Below, piece by piece: positions 62,190 through 64,000 of a stretch of 64,000 nt of DNA (position 1 is the stretch's first letter; each line of letters starts with the position of its first letter). Under the pieces are notes generated by a model. It was not told the DNA's origin and ran no database searches. It saw only the letters and a list, made by a program, of their open reading frames with translations. The stretch lies in the NCBI RefSeq assembly GCF_006345805.1, contig NC_043005.1, positions 92,752,001-92,816,000 of the forward strand, read 5' to 3'. This DNA comes from Octopus sinensis (lineage: Eukaryota). The translations under genes were made by a program, and so were the position numbers.

Positions 62190-64000
62190 AATTTCTGTGT
62201 GGCATCAAGCCAATTTTTCTGTGGGGAGTAACCCCAAAAATCTGTGTGTTTGGCGTTGGCCATTTTCTGTAACTTGATGGAGTCTGAAAGTTATACTCTG
62301 AAACTGTCACCAGTATCATCGGTGGAATCACTATTGTCTTGAACTATGCAAACACCAGTCATGTTGCCACAAAATGTGGCAGCATAAAAGAAAAGAAATA
62401 TGGATGTACCCAGTTTGTCTACCGGTGAGTCACCCGTGACTCCGTCGGCAGCATCGCCTAAAAGTTTTGCAGCAACAGCTAGAGAGAAAAGAAAAGACAT
62501 AACTATAGAAAAAAAGAAGTTACCAAGTATAAAGAGAAGCTAATAAAGGAGGAGTCAGAGGTCAAAGTGGCCCCTTCAACCTGCATAATGGAAAACCTGA
62601 ATAAAACAGCTATTGTGTACAAAACGTTCAATGTAAAAAGCACAAAAAATAGATAAGGTGTTGGAAGAAGTGGTGGAGAAGTGTCTAAAGCCGATATGGC
62701 AAGATATCGCTTACCTAACGAGAGGAAAAAAGTTTGTGATGATTGAAGTAAGGATGGCTATGGAGGAGATGGCAAAGCATCACTCCACAATAACCTTAAA
62801 AACAGAAGACTTCTCCTCCCCATGGGGAGGAGAACTTTAAGGATAGCAAATATCCCACCAGAAGTGGATGCTGCTCCTGTTTGAGAAGATTACACTCGTC
62901 CAAGCTACTATGGTTACAGAAAAACAGAAATGGCAAGGGCAAAGCTTCAATATCATGATACAAGTGGAGCCCCTGACACAAGAAGAGATATGGGAGGTGA
63001 TTCAGGTGGGAGAGGCCAGATTGGTTGTCTCTGTAGAAGGACGTAAGACCAGGTGCAAGAAAGACCACTTAAGGGCCGAGTGCAACCCTCCTTAGGAAGA
63101 GCTGGATGAGGAAGAGGAGGAGGAAAAGACGATAACTGAGTCTGCAACACCAACTCCAGAAAGCAGCAGCAAAGAGAAAAGGAAGGGATGGTCAACAGTG
63201 AAAAAAAGGATCACTCGAACCTCCCCTTAAAAACCTACCAACAACAACAACCATAAAATTAAAGGAGCAAAGAAACCACCCATTGAAATGGACAACTTGA
63301 TGGTGGTGAGAACATCAAACAACAGACTACTAAGCCTTTTGGCAGTCGGGGTGACTGCCAAAAGGCATGGCTGAACACTCATCAAAAGACTATCACATCT
63401 ACCAAATTGACGGAAAAAATAAAATAGAATAAAAAATGATTTCAGGGATGATGTAGGCCCATTGCAGAAAGATTTCTTGCCACTAACAACGTGTTTATCG
63501 CATCGATCATCGTCTACCTCCTAACCATCATTCCTTATCTGGCTTTGTGGTTAATCAAGCTGGAAAGACAGCTCTTCTGCTTCTTGTGGAAGGGCTCAAA
63601 GTCCCTTGTGAGATGCTCTATTTGCTGTCAAAAACTGTTAAAAGGTGGACTAGGGATGCCTTAGCTGTTGATGCGCAAACATGTGCTGAGTCTGAGGCAT
63701 CTGTAGCTCCTCCTGGATGGTAAACTGGTGTGGGCTCCACTTGCGCAATGGATGTTTCCTGGTTTCACTAGTTTTGGTGGACAGGAAGCCTAGTTCTTTC
63801 ATAGATCAAAGTTGGGTACATGGTTTACTGAGTGTCACAAGGTTCTCCTGCTATTCCATCACTCGGGCAAGGCCAGCAGTGGTGGTTCAACCGCATCTTT
63901 TATAGTGGGTTTGTAGAGTCTGAACGGGATGATAGTTTGGGGGAAGCCTTGGGTCTCAATGATAATCAGCTAGACAGTCTGTTCCAATGTACATTCAGGC
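62190..64000 (+). mobile_element. Tx1/L1-clade LINE: decayed ORF1 joined to ORF2 C-terminal part
   Basis: ORF1-like KSFAATA...IAYLTRGKKF...VSVEGRKTRCKKDHLRAEC (zinc-knuckle remnant). ORF2 LERQLFCFLWKGSKSLVRCSICCQKLLKGGLGMP is typical of the L1/Tx1 post-RT region. Continues beyond the window. Confidence 0.8.

Noticed and set aside
62291-62500. 69-aa minus ORF (AAKLLGDAADGVTGDSPVD...)
   Set aside because: It is the antisense shadow of the Tx1-like ORF1.

Overview
AT-rich, microsatellite-dense eukaryotic DNA made almost entirely of decayed transposable elements. The repeat families (tRNA-headed SINEs, a very abundant RTE-tailed short repeat ending in (GAT)n, Penelope-like LTR pieces) point to an octopus/coleoid cephalopod genome; this is inferred from recognition, not from a search. 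I could not support any intact host protein-coding gene, rRNA, tRNA or CRISPR array, so the window looks intronic or intergenic. Recognisable elements: four Tc1/mariner DD34-type copies, a full-length DD41D (rosa/Visitor) copy, a piggyBac deletion derivative with TTAA ends, a hAT transposase relic split by a mariner, a hAT MITE, a Chapaev3-like relic, RTE, CR1-like and Tx1/L1-like LINE relics, and four Penelope-like traces. The most interesting structure is a set of six fold-back/inverted duplications, one with a Penelope-type half-hammerhead in its loop. There are also degenerate hammerhead cores in Penelope LTR fragments, a modular RTE-dependent short repeat family with variable internal minisatellites, and a near-perfect ~470 bp tandem duplication bounded by (TG)n. 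I see no convincing evidence of a new multi-gene system. Coordinates of decayed elements are approximate.
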